Positions 1-11,924 of a stretch of DNA of 64,000 bases are shown here, piece by piece (within the stretch, counting starts at the first letter, position 1; each line of letters starts with the position of its first letter). A model generated the notes under the pieces. It ran no database searches. It was not told the DNA's origin and was given only the letters and a program-made list of their open reading frames with translations. The position numbers and the translations under genes are program-made. Source of the stretch: Epiperipatus broadwayi (Eukaryota; Animalia; Onychophora). The stretch lies in assembly GCA_028023455.1 (NCBI GenBank), contig JAQFVV010000003.1, forward strand, positions 9,548,001 to 9,612,000, read 5' to 3'.

Positions 1-393
1 ACATTTATGGAATATGAGAATGCAATGATGTCGATGTATTGGAGTGCAGAGCTGCAGGAAGGTTGGATGTATTCCATAATGCATGAAAGATACCCGGCTA
101 ACCATCAAGAGACTTATGCTCAGTTTTTTATTAGGTAGGTAAATCGAATAAAAGCCCTAAGTGCATTCAATTATCCAGAAATGCAGATAGTAAGGATGAT
201 TAGGCACAACATGCCACCCTGGATAAGGAAAATATTAATAAGCACTCAAATGCAAGATATTCAAGGCACGATTCGGATACTAACTGACATTGACTATGGA
301 AACTTAGAAGAAAACCAAAATGATAGGGTCATGAACCCGTCCAAAAGTACAAGGCAGTATATACCACCGGACCCTGGAAAATACAGACATTAA
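1..393 (+). mobile_element. Ty3/Gypsy gag capsid fragment (pseudogenised, cut by window edge)
   Basis: Frame 1 reads TFMEYENAMMSMYWSAELQEGWMYSIMHERY...R*VNRIKALSAFNYPEMQIVRMIRHNMPPWIRKILI with one in-frame TAG (136-138). It aligns by eye to the gag at 30.6-31.3 kb (F..F..A.M..YWS; KAL...E.QI..MI...P..I...LI). Confidence 0.7.
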
Positions 394-959
394 AATAGAT
401 ACATACCTTGTTAGACTAGCACCAACACTGACCTGACCCTAGATATATATTAAGAAAAGAAAACACCGTAGTTAGTAACAAATTAAATATTACAGCAAAT
501 AAAGAGTAGGCTTGAACTCACCTGGCACAAAATTTTTACCTCTGACCTGAAGCAACAGCATTTTTTTTTAACATTTTTTTTTTTTGCTCACTAACTATTG
601 GGAAATGAAGCAATGGATCTGAAGTCTGATCCATGCTTCACAGCCTTCTATAAACTTAGTTAGTATTATAGACCTGAATTAAGTTTATAGTCCAATATCA
701 GCAGGGTTTTGCATTAAAGCTAAAATTAATTACGTTTATATAATTTGTATTGCATTTAAATATTTTGTTTAAAAAATTCCATTCTAAGATTAGATTTCTG
801 TTAATAAAAATTACTTGTAAAATCTATTAGTCAAACATATATATACGTCAAGCGTATATATATATATGAGTTAATGCAAAATTCTGCTGAAATAAAATAC
901 TTATTTTATTAAAAGAAATAAGAATGTAGTTTTCTTTTTAAATCTTGTTCAAATATTTA

Positions 960-1188
960 GTATGATTTGATTTTGAGATAAGCCCGCCAACATTTTCTAA
1001 AAGAATGTATATTTTTAATTAATTAGCCCATTCAAGGCAAATTAAAGATGGCCTTCTCTTTCTTTTTTAATTAATAAAATTCAAAGTTTAAAGAAAGAAA
1101 TTTAGAATAAAAAAGTAAAAGTTATTTTTAGAAAGTGTTACCTTTAAACAAAGGAGCGCGGTGGGGCTTATCAAGATCTAAGATCATA
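960..1188. repeat. Degenerate inverted repeat / foldback
   Basis: TATGATTTGATTTTGAGATAAGCC (~961-984) vs GGCTTATCAAGATCTAAGATCATA (~1165-1188) are approximate reverse complements. Confidence 0.45.
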
Positions 1189-1365
1189 CAAACAATAGAA
1201 GGTAGCTGACAAAGAGGGTATAAATAAAAGTGAGAACAAAAGACTTGGTTATTCAGAGTTTTCTTGCTGGCATTCAGATTTCTCTTTGGAGAACTCTTTC
1301 AGATTTTGCTTTTGCTTGTTGAGATTTTTATTCCAAAAAGTTAGACAACTGTCATCTTCAAAATC

Positions 1366-1651
1366 ATGGAGAAGTTTGAACATGCTCAAGCTAAAAGTCA
1401 TATGAATTTGATGGATTCTACTATGCTTGGCTAGGCAAATAAATAGCTTTGCCTATCACCGAGGTTCCTAAATACCATCCAAAATGCCATAGTATCCACC
1501 TAATAGTGATCTGAACTCTGTGCCGTGTCTGTAGGATTTTTTGTGAAACCATGCTACATATTTCCATTTTCATTGTCCGGACAAATACCTATTGATGGAC
1601 GGATCAAGCTACGCTCGTCGATGGAACATGATCAAGGAACCAGGATGGTAA
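1366..1651 (+). pseudogene. Relic small ORF of unknown family (ORF A)
   Basis: TATAAATA at 1219, CT-rich leader, ATG at 1366. Broken by stops and frameshifts; ends DLNSVPCL*DFL*NHATYFHFHCPDKYLLMDGSSYARRWNMIKEPGW*. GC-richer than flanks. Confidence 0.3.
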
Positions 1652-1825
1652 TAGTATCTCTCCTCCATTGAACTATTTACTTTCTACTTTTTTTGTTCAT
1701 ACCCTTTTTTAAGTGCTTCACTGAATTATATTATAAATTGTTGTATTTAATTATATTTGTAATGTAACCATTTTTTTTATTAGACTAGTCTTAGATATAT
1801 ATTGTGTGATCATCTATCTATATAT

Positions 1826-2261
1826 TTAACCCTTTTTCCTTCGCTATTCTTCATTACTAACATTTATAAATATTTTGTATTCCATTGCGGTTAAGTTTTA
1901 AAGTTAATTTGTTTCATTTAAAAACTCTTTCCAATTTTATTTATGTTTCTAAATTCCATATGAATAAGTTTCCTTTGTTTACCAACTTGATCTCCTCGAT
2001 ACCGCCTCTTGTCCGCCACTAGCTTATTATGTATATCAGATTTAGCTATATACATTTTAAATAATTTTTAAACTCTGTTTCTAGCACAAAGCAATTAGAA
2101 AATGCTTTGTGAAAGATTTTTATTATTGTACTTTATCGAGGAGAGTCGAGTTGACAATTTTAATAAAATTGGGAAGAAAAGATTTAGACCGCAAACATAT
2201 TAATCTGTTTTTATTGTCTAATTAGTTTTCATTAATTTAGGGGAATAGCGGAGGCCATTAA
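1826..2261. repeat. Degenerate inverted repeat with central hairpin
   Basis: TCTCCTCGATA (1991) / TATCGAGGAGA (2134); CTTCGCTATTC (1839) / GAATAGCGGAG (2243); perfect 9-bp stem CACAAAGCA/TGCTTTGTG (2085-2111); TTAA at both outer ends. Confidence 0.55.
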
Positions 2262-2411
2262 ATCATTATTCATATTTTAAAGCCATTAATTAAACATATT
2301 ATTTAACTAAAAAAGCTTCAGTTTTCTAATTTTATTTTAAATGCTTTATTTTGCTTTTCCAATGATCCAGGCACGCAAAACACGTTTCGTAGCACTTTTA
2401 TGCACATTTAA

Positions 2412-2663
2412 CTATTTAGCTCCGTAGGTGTTCCCGTCCATGTCTCTACCTCTGTTGCTAAGCTTTGTGGCCGGTGAGAAAATAATTTATGTGTGTCTCA
2501 GATAGTGTTGTTTGTTCGTAATTAGCTTCGAGAATAGGCAAATAGGGTAGAGGTCATAGTATTCTTGATTTAATATCTCGCGTATGGATGGCCTCGAGGT
2601 ACCTTCGCCTAGTATTCGAACTGGGTTAAACCAACATACATCATCTGACTGTCACAATATCAT
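2412..2663 (-). pseudogene. Relic small ORF of unknown family (ORF B)
   Basis: 84 codons from ATG to TAG with two internal stops: MIL*QSDDVCWFNPVRILGEGTSRPSIREILNQEYYDLYPICLFSKLITNKQHYLRHT*IIFSPATKLSNRGRDMDGNTYGAK*. GC-richer island. Confidence 0.3.
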
Positions 2664-2879
2664 AAATGACAACAGCTAATTGGATAACTAACATACATAA
2701 TATTTAACCAACCATCCAATCATATTTAAAATAAATAGTTAACCAACTTTATCAAATCAATTATTTTATATTTTCATGAAGATATGCAATGATGGTATAT
2801 TAGATGTGATAATATGTTGGATTATTTCCATCATCTATCAGTAAATGTTGACTGTACAGAAAATGTTAAACTTTTATTT

Positions 2880-4800
2880 ATAATTTTCAATACAAAGAAC
2901 TTGTTAGTAATAACACACAAATAGACAACACAAGTTCGTAATAACACAATATTTTGAGTAATATTATTCTCCACTCTTTTTCAGATGTTGCTGACCTGAC
3001 CAGTAACAGTATTTGCATAGGAGTCAGTTTTTTTGAATGTTGTTCTTTGTACCTTTTCCTCTCTATTCAATATTTTTGTATTTTTCCAATTAAACTTATG
3101 GTCATTACAACATACATGGTCTGGTACTTTAGACACATATTTTTTTCCTCTTTTATCAATTAGTTTGTGTTCTTTCAATCACTGTTGACAGGTTTTATCA
3201 ATATGTTTCCTTCTACATTCACATTTTTTTGTTCTTCAGCATTTCCAGTTTAAGCTTGGTAGAAGTAAGAATTCATTGAAATGTGATGGCTTTGGAAAGC
3301 TATTCTAATATTATATTCATTGCAGATTTTCTTTAATTTGTCTGCCATTTCTGGTAGTATAGATACACTACAGTACCAATAATTGGTTTTTCTTTTGGTG
3401 TCTCTTTTTGTTGTTTATTAAAGGTTTTCTTGTTGACTTCTGATGGATAACCATTCTTCATGAGAATTTGTTCTACGTGTATTTTTTCATTTTCCATATC
3501 ACTGGTTTCAAACTTCTTTTGTTCTGTTCCATAGTGATAACATAATTCCATGTCTAGTTCTCCTGGTATGATTGGATGTATATACCAAATATTTGGCAGT
3601 GTGTGTTGGTTTTCTATATACTTTTGATTTTACTTTGCCTTGAGGGATTCTTGTCATAAGAACATCTAAGAATAGCAATTTTTGTTCTCATTCAAGACAT
3701 GTTGTTGACATGTATCCAGAATGACTGTAATTGCATCTCACTATGTGGCTAATACCACCAATGAATGTATCATCACCATAACAAAACCACACTATGGGTT
3801 GAGATGAAGTAGTATTTATGGCTGTGGTTTTAAGTTCTTCCATGTAAATGTTGCTCAGCAAGGCTGATAGTAGTGATCCCATGGCCATCCTTTGACTTTG
3901 TTGAAAGAATTCTGAGTTATATTAAAAGTAAGTTATTGTTATGCAGAACATTTTAATTCCATTACACTATCAATAGGTAGAGTTGTCTAGTTTGTTGATT
4001 ATTATCATCATATAAACTTTTCCTTACAATAGACAATGCCTTATAACATGGTACATTTGTAAATAGTTTTTCCACATCAAAGCTTACCAGTATGACAGTT
4101 CTTTCCATTTTCATGTCTCTGGCTAATTCTACAAAATGCTCAGAATCCCTGATGAAGGATTGAATCCTGTATATCAATGAACTAAGAACTACGAGAAGAA
4201 ATCTCGACAAATTTTGGCATTGGTGAATTTCTAGAACTAACAATAGGCTTTAATTGGATGTTGTCTTATGGATTTTAAGTAGTTCATATGGGTGAGGAAT
4301 ACCTGTGATGCTTCTGGTGTAATGCTTGTAATTTTATCTCTGCGTTTGAAATTGGATTTTTTTCCTACTTTTTTGTATTGGCCTGCTATGAGAAGTCCTT
4401 ATATTTTGTTATCATAATAAGTTTTATCCATTATAATTGTAGTGTTACCTTTGTCAGTAGGAAGAATGATTATAGCTTTATTCTGTTTGAAGGATTTTAA
4501 TAGCTTTCCTCATCACATGAAATGTTTGATTGCTGCTTCTGCATTTGATATCTCTCAAATGTCTTTTTTAACTCTCCAGCATATCTCTGCTTCTTCTTCC
4601 AGAAGTAATTTTAGGGTAACTTTCTCATTGGTTGCCATTATATCCAATAATGGAACAGTAGTTGGTGTAATGGCAAGTTCAAACTTTTTCCAAGAACAGA
4701 TAATTTAGCATCAGTAAGGTATTTAGAACTAAGATTTTTCAGTGACAAAGCTGATAGACTAGTTGCAGTATGACCTTTTATTCAAACTAACTGATGTGTG
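2880..4800 (-). mobile_element. Penelope-like element (RT + GIY-YIG), decayed
   Basis: Ordered minus-strand motifs: TDKGNTTIIMDK (~4440), SFDVEKLFTNVP (ORF 3962-4243), AMGSLLS...CYGDDTF (3688-3888), MKNGYP (3333-3551), KEHK...DHKFNWKNTKIL (2981-3178). Confidence 0.9.
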
Positions 4801-6000
4801 ATATTGGGTCATAAAGTAATTGGTCTTGATAGAATTCCTTAGCTTGAAATTTTAATATATCAAAGGTCATAAATGAATTTCACCAGTGATTTTATTGTCT
4901 AGTGAATTAAAATATGCTTGAGTAGGTTAATTTATATATTTATCCAGTTTAGCAGTATGTTCATTTCGATTATATCTGTACATCACTAGTTATCTATTAA
5001 AAAAAGAAATTTCTCTCATCAATACAAAGTAAGATTTTCAAAAGTTCTTAATATTTTTACACTCAGCTCCTGTTTGTCCTCAATATTTGGCATTGTTTGT
5101 GTTCTTTGGATATAATCAAAGGAATTACAAGATTCTAAATCAAAATTTAGAAGATTCTTTTGTTGATGAATCTTGATTAGTTTCAAAATTATTTCCAGAG
5201 TGCCAATAGTATTAGAATTTATTATTAGCACAAATTGAACAAAATCTGCTGACAAGCCTTCTAAATACAAATATTGCACTTCAAATTTAGTTATCTATTT
5301 TGGGGATGAATAAAGAGGGTAAAGGAATATTGAGTATTTTCAACGTTAAATAATATAAAAAATTATTTGCAATCTGGATTATCTCAATCAAAATTGTCAT
5401 CTTTATCAGTACTATTTACCTATTAGTAAAATTATTTGCGAATGAAAAATTATCATATAGTAAATATAAGTTAATCTAATTTGTTAAATGTGATTTTTAT
5501 GTAAAAGTGTGATTAATAATTTTTTACATGTTCAAAAATTATCATTTAATAACTTCATTCTATTTTTAAAAAGTTATTTTAATAATCCTATGGATGAAAA
5601 TATGAAATATCTTAATTACAGAGTTTTGCTTTTCTTTACAATTTCTACAAAATGTTTGTTAATTCTGCTTTTGTGTACCCTAAATTTTTCACAGGTTCCT
5701 AGGCATTCTTCTTAAGAGATAAGACAAACCTGTCCTATGTACTCCAAACCACAAAATTTTTTTTTGCCTATTTATTCTCTATACACTTATAAAAAATTTC
5801 TTACTTTACATTGTCTAAATATCTTTGTTTTACCTTATTTCTTTATAATTTTTTTTATCTCTTCTTAATATCTTTAGTAGATAACTCTTATTTCTTAGTA
5901 TTTTCCTTTAATAAAAACTTTTTTTGAAAAAAAATTTGTCTTCCAAATTTTGTGCAATATCATATTTTTATGCAACAAAAGATAACATTTTTTTTGTCAA

Positions 6001-6078
6001 GCATTGGTGGCTGAGAGGTCAGCACAGCTGTCTTACAAGCAGTTGTCCCAGGTTAGCGGTTCGCTTCCCGGCCAGTGC
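6001..6078 (+). pseudogene. tRNA-Gly(TCC)-derived pseudogene / SINE-like retrocopy
   Basis: Resembles eukaryotic tRNA-Gly-TCC (AGCATAGCTGCCTTCCAAGCAGTTG...TTCGATTCCCGGCC). Acceptor stem GCATTGG/CCAGTGC; anticodon drifted to TAC (6034-36); 7-nt insertion in the T arm; A-tail; 15-bp flanking duplication AAAAGATAACATTTT (5977-5991, 6095-6109). Confidence 0.75.
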
Positions 6079-7703
6079 TATGACACATGAAAAAAAAAGA
6101 TAACATTTTGTTAAATAACTTTATTTTTTATATTCTTAGCAATATATTTGTAAGATATTTTTTTTAAATTGTACCTAAATTTTCATGTAACTACTACTAT
6201 AATGTCAATATTCAGTAAATACTTCAAATGATCTGAGGAAAAAGTCATTTTCAAAATTTATATTAAAAGGCTATTGTCACCAAATGTAATCAGTTATTAT
6301 CATTTACAATAAAAACCTTCATTGGAGTATAAATTTTATTGATCATTAGAGGAAGAAGTAGTCTGAAAGCTCTGATTAGTGACAATGTGCTTTTAAAAAG
6401 TTATTTTTATTTGTAACTAAACTGAATTGACTATAGTTATATTAACTCAAAATAGAATGCTATATATAAATTTTTCTTATAAGAAATAAATATTAAAAAT
6501 AAAGTTCTAAGCATTTAGAGCTTTTAATAATACGATTTCTGAAATCTTAGGTCCATATTTATATATTTGAATGAGTTCATTATTTTATGATGCAGCTTTT
6601 AAGTTTGAGATACCAGGATACACTTTGTACGGAGCAAAGAACAATGTCGAACTAGCATCGACTATGAACAAATCATAATATTATATTACCTAGACACTCC
6701 ATCTCACTCTAACATGCATAACATTTATTTATTTTAGGAAGGGAGCTGGACAAAGGAAGGATTATTCTTAATATGAATCTTAAAAAATAGAGCAAATTCC
6801 TAATGTTAACTCCATATGATTATTATTGCAGCTTTTATTCGTATACATCTGATCATACAATAAATGAACATAAATAGTATGCTCACCAACATGCATCAGC
6901 CAGTGTGATGAGTTTATTGATCTTTTGCGTTTGACTTTAAAATCAAAGCCATATTTACATATACTTTCAATTAAACAGCTATTTTATCTAAGCACCTTCA
7001 TTAAGATGTTCATGTAATCTTCTTATAGTGCTATTATTGTTAAACTTTTCATGCAATTTGAAGTATGTTTTGAACATTGTTGGAAAATTAAAATCATAGC
7101 TGAAGTTAGTTATCTCAATATTTATTGACTTCCCATTCACTTTATTTTATTTGATGCTAATATCATCTCTGTTCTAAATTTAAAAGTTGCAATATATGGA
7201 GAACAGCTCAAATACCTCTAATCAGAAAAAGAATAATTATCCATAAACTGATCATTGAGATGTGACTATTGGTAGAGAAGTCATTTGTCATTATTTGGCT
7301 ATTAAATATGCATTATTTATGCATACTAAAATTAAACTAGATTGCTATGATTTTAAGAAATAGCAATTGACAGGAATTATATTTTAAGAAGTAACATTAT
7401 TTTCATCTAATGTCTAGCATCATATCTATAATGCAATTTTTACTTAAAGGCCTTATGGATATAGTATTCCCAAATTTTCTGTCATGTTCATGATAGTGTT
7501 CAAATCCAGCCGAGATAAACATTGAAATTTTTTCATTTCAAAAACAGACTTCAGATAGTCAACCCATAATCAACATAATCGGTCTTCTAATAGTGGTCAG
7601 TAAACTGGTAACTAGCTATTAATAGGCAGTTAATGTAGATCATTAGTTAATAACTGAAACACATAGGCTTATTATATACCTGTGTTTATATATGTAATAT
7701 ATA

Positions 7704-7885
7704 GGGTATATGAGCACAGACTTTCATACGACCCACCACTCTCCACACTATCTCATAATACTAATACACTTATTTATCTTTTCAACACTTGAACACATAT
7801 ATGTTGAAAAGATAAATAAGTGTATCAGTGTTATGAGATAGTGTGGAGAGTGGTGGGTCGTGTGAAAGTCTGTGCTCATATACCC
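7704..7885. mobile_element. Foldback MITE with TA target duplication
   Basis: Two ~84-bp near-perfect inverted arms (GGGTATATGAGCACAGAC... / ...GTCTGTGCTCATATACCC), 14-nt spacer, TA on both sides. Confidence 0.85.
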
Positions 7886-8154
7886 TATATATTATATCAT
7901 TAGTTAATGTGAGTTTGTCAATATTGAGGGAGGTGTATATTTTTATAGATGATTTTGTGACTACCAATGAAATGTTTACTATTAATAGGTGTCTTATTCT
8001 TAAGGCAGTTATCTTTAATTATTATTTTTATTCTTTCTTTTTGTAAATAATGAATGATTTTTTATTTAAATTATTTTTTCTATAATTAAATTATTTTAAA
8101 TTATTTAGTTGTATATTCTTTTCTTTAATAATTAATTTTTTAAAACATTTTCAG

Positions 8155-8217
8155 AGTGTAATTTGTTATTTGCTAGATGATCATGGGTACATTATTGCAA
8201 CAAATGATTTTAATGAG
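8155..8217 (+). CDS. CACNA2D: Calcium channel alpha2/delta subunit, exon a (SVICYLLDDHGYIIATNDFNE)
   Basis: ttttcag|...|gtaaat; matches the alpha2delta Cache-domain motif C.xxDxxG(Y/F)xx; phase 0/0. Confidence 0.92.
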
Positions 8218-8317
8218 GTAAATTAATTATTTAATTATCACTATTTCTTGAGTGGTAGCCTTTTTTCTCTTTTTTTTTAAATTCACTAAATCCTTTTTAA
8301 ATAAATTATTTTTTAAG

Positions 8318-8388
8318 GTGGGCAGATTTTTTGGTGAATTTCATAGCGATGTAATGACACAAATGGTAATAAAAGGTATTTATAAAGA
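8318..8388 (+). CDS. CACNA2D: alpha2/delta exon b (VGRFFGEFHSDVMTQMVIKGIYK)
   Basis: ttttaag|...|gtaagt; GRFFGE hallmark motif; ends phase 2. Confidence 0.95.
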
Positions 8389-9183
8389 GTAAGTATTTTC
8401 GGTATTCAAACTATTTTTTATCATCACACCTCTCATCTAAATAACATCAAATATTTGAATAAAGCCAATATCTGACAAAAAATCAGTCTATGTTACTCAA
8501 AATATTTTACTATACTGGCTATCTACTTTATTCAAATTAGTTTGCAGTGATCTTTATTTCATTGTTTAATTATGGAAAAATTGAGTTAATCAATCTATAC
8601 TAGATAACAGAGCACATAGTCTTCCACAGATATAATCAGCCTTTACTATTTAATGCATTTCATTGTCAACTAAAAGAATCATGGGGTTATTAATTTTGAT
8701 ATTAATATTTCTTTTCAAAAGAAGTAAAAGTATCTTTAATTATTATATAATCAAAATCATTGTAATCACTGACTTAGTGTCAGTCTAATATAGCTAGTCA
8801 GATAATTTCACTTGAATTTAAAATCTTTGGTTTTTTTTTTAATTTTCAGCCTATTAGATACCCTTAAAAAAATTAAAGAACTTATTTATATTGAAGTTTA
8901 AATATTGAAGTGCTAGAAAATTTATGCTCAGAAGTGTGGCAAGCAAGTAAATCACTGTAACAATGATCAATTATTATCTCTTGATTATATTACTATTGCC
9001 TGGTTGCTTTATTTGCATTCAGTAATTGGATTAAATGTACAAATGTAAATTGAATAAAGTAATTATTGTAAACAGTGGATGCTATGCAACAGTGACTTCT
9101 ATCAAAAAACTGTGATCATTACTTTATCTGAATCAGTCATGAGAATCTGTTTGCAGTGTCATCTAGTATTCATTGTCTTACAC

Positions 9184-9551
9184 CAGGGGTCCCCAACCTT
9201 TTTGCACTTAAGAGCACATTCTATAATACCGGCCAGGTGGCGAGCACCATTTATTTTTTCAATGTAAATTTATAGTTGGATATTGTTAATAATACACATA
9301 ATGTACAAAAAAATATTTATTTCAAAAATAAAATTTTAACATATAATTAACGTTTATATTTTTACACTGTAAAAGTATAATATGCCCTACAATTTGATTA
9401 CAATATAAAACAATAATTTATAAGAAATTTTAAAAATTAAATTTATTTGTATCAGATAAATGATTTTTTATCGTGTTCAGATAGCGGCGGGCACACTTAA
9501 AATGGTCTGCGGGCGCCATGGTGCCCGCAGGCATAGGGTTGGGGATCCCTG
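9184..9551. mobile_element. hAT-superfamily MITE (Charlie/MER5-like TIRs)
   Basis: TIRs CAGGGGTCCCCAAC ... GTTGGGGATCCCTG; exact 8-bp TSD TCTTACAC (9176-83, 9552-59). Confidence 0.93.
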
Positions 9552-9875
9552 TCTTACACCATGTAAGAGCACCAAAAATTATTCTATAAGCATTTTCTTT
9601 TGTATTTAATGATAATAAAACTAAGCAAAGACTTAGTAAGTATTTACTTGAATTCGTAGATTGTTAATATTTCAACCAGAGTTTGGATTTTTTCAGAAAC
9701 TGAAGTAAAACCAATTCTTGCTGAAATATTGATAGGGAGTATACATACAAATAAGTACTCTTTGTATTTAAAGTATGTCAGTTAAGAATAAATGATTTCT
9801 AATATTTTAAATTATTGTTAAATATTATATATATATATTGTTCGATGTCTGTATTTTTAAAGCAATATATGTAAT

Positions 9876-11891
9876 TATATAACTGAATATTTGTAAATAC
9901 AGTAACTAAATAATTAAAAAAAATTATCCACTTAGGAGCGCTTTCGATTATCCCAGTAATCTTTGTCAACTAAAGCTTTGAAAGATTAACTTTCCCACAA
10001 TTCCATGATCTTAATGTTTGCTGCTTGCCTGATAAGCCATGTTTATATTTGTATATTAGCATAGCTTCCTTTATTTTTCTTTTATTGTTATTTTTTTCAA
10101 TTTGCAATATTTTTACATTATTAAAATTGAAGTCAAAACCATAAATACATGATTTATTATGGTTGTAAAAAACAGATGCTGAACATTATTATCTACTATG
10201 CAATTTTGTTCAGATTTCTGAACTCGTTTTAATAATAGCAAGGGTTCTTTAGTTCTTTTTTCCAACGTACATCTAGATTCACCTATATATCCACTGCTGG
10301 ACCTACATATCCACTTATAAATGACACAATTTTTATTTATAAATGAGGTTTTTATCTTTGGAGTTATTTATTTAATGTAGGAGGTGTATAAAATGCAATA
10401 TCACATACACTTTTATAAATTTTCCTTATAAAATTTACTTGATCATTTGAAATATATGGGATTGATATCCATATTTTTTTATTAGCAGGAGAATCAATAT
10501 TATTATTAAAAAAAAATTTTCTTATATTTTGTATTAAAATTTGTAATAACATTATATATATGATTATAATTGTAGCCAACATTTAACAATTCATTCGAAT
10601 ATATTTCAATATTTTTGCCTTTATCCGATGAATATTTGCAAAGACTATTATTTCTAAATAAGAAGAATTTCAAACCTGCCATTTTGTGTGACATTGGAAC
10701 TTTTGATTTATATGGAATATAACCTTTTTACTATTGGTTTAATGGTCATACAGTAATCCAGCATGCATTGATTTCTAGTTATTTTAAGATTAAGAAACTG
10801 AATGCATACTAAATATTCATCTGTTTTTATCCATCTTAGGCCTTTTAAACCATTTAATTCTTTAAACAACTCATTAATTGTATTTGGTTTTTTGAATGTG
10901 GTAAACCAAATACAATTAATGAGTTGTTTAAAGAATTAAATGGTTTAAAAAGCCTAAGATGGATAAAAACAGACGAAGATTTAGTGTGCGTTCAGTTTCT
11001 TGATCTTAAAATAACTAGAATCAATGCATGCTGGATTACTGTATGACCATTAAACCAATAGTAAGAAGAGGTTATATTTCATATAAATCAAAAGTGCCAA
11101 TGTCATACAAAATGGCAGGTTTGAAGTCCTTCTTATTTAGAAATAATAGTCTTTGCAAATATTCATCGGATAAAGGCAAAAATATTGAAATATATTCGAA
11201 TGAATTGTTAAATGTTGGCTACAATTATAATCATATATATATAATGTTATTAGAGATTTTAATACAAAATATAAGAAATTTTTTTAAAATAATAATATTG
11301 ATTCTTCTGCTAATAAAAGAATATGGATATCAATCCCATATATTTCAAATGATCAAGTAAATTTTATAAGGAAAATTTATAAATGTATATGTGATATTGC
11401 ATTTTACACACCTCCTACATTAAATAAATTAATAAATAACTACAAAGATAAAACCTCATTTAGAAATAAACAGTGTCATTTATAAATGGATATGTAAGTG
11501 CGGCAATGTATATATAGGTGAATCTAGATGTACATTGGAAAAAAGAACTAAAGAACACTTGCTATTATTAAAACGAGTTCAGAAATCGGAACAAAATTGC
11601 ATAGTAGGTAATAATGTTTCCACATCTGTTTTTTAAAACCATAATAAATCATGTATTTATGGTTTTGACTTCAGTTTTAATAATGTAAAAATATTGCAAA
11701 TTGAAAAAAATAACAATAAAAGAAAAATAAAGGAAGCTATGCTGATATACAAATATAAACATGACTTAATTAATAGGCAAACAGCAAACGTTAAGATCAT
11801 AGAATTGTGGGAAAGTTAGCCTATCAAAGCTTTAGTTGGATAAAAAATTTTAATTATTTAGTTACTGTATTTACAAATATTCAGTTATATA
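9876..11891. mobile_element. Head-to-head palindromic Penelope-like insertion A (RT thumb + GIY-YIG in each ~1-kb arm)
   Basis: Arms meet at GTATTTGGTTT-[12 nt, 10891-10902]-AAACCAAATAC. Right arm encodes QFLDLKI, RRGYISYKSKVP...NVGY, IPYIS, YIGESRCTLEKRTKEH, KRKIKEAMLI; left arm is its reverse complement. Confidence 0.93.
9931..9975 (-). ncRNA. Degenerate minimal type I hammerhead-like motif in PLE tail
   Basis: Minus strand TTTAG-TTGACAA-A-GATTA(CTGGGA)TAATC-GAAA-GCGC-TC-CTAAG. Stems I and II are present; the CUGANGA core is decayed. Confidence 0.5.
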
Positions 11892-11924
11892 TATAAATAT
11901 AAAATACAATACCCGTTATAAAAA

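Noticed and set aside
409-529. Possible short LTR (TG...CA with AATAAA) after the gag fragment
   Set aside because: No polypurine tract in front and no second copy in the window; boundaries are arbitrary.
2389-2420. ACGTTTCG (CGAAACGT on minus strand) as a hammerhead
   Set aside because: No CUGANGA core upstream on that strand.
6001-6078. Functional tRNA (Val-TAC or Gly)
   Set aside because: 7-nt insertion in the T arm, altered T loop, Gly body with TAC anticodon, A-tail and TSD; treated as a pseudogene. The copy at 43944 has a broken acceptor stem.
6596-6680. AG-preceded open stretch (FKFEIPGYTLY...) and a similar one at 8850 as extra alpha2/delta exons
   Set aside because: Both end in stops without a donor and lack alpha2/delta similarity; IPGYTLY is more like a retroelement endonuclease scrap.
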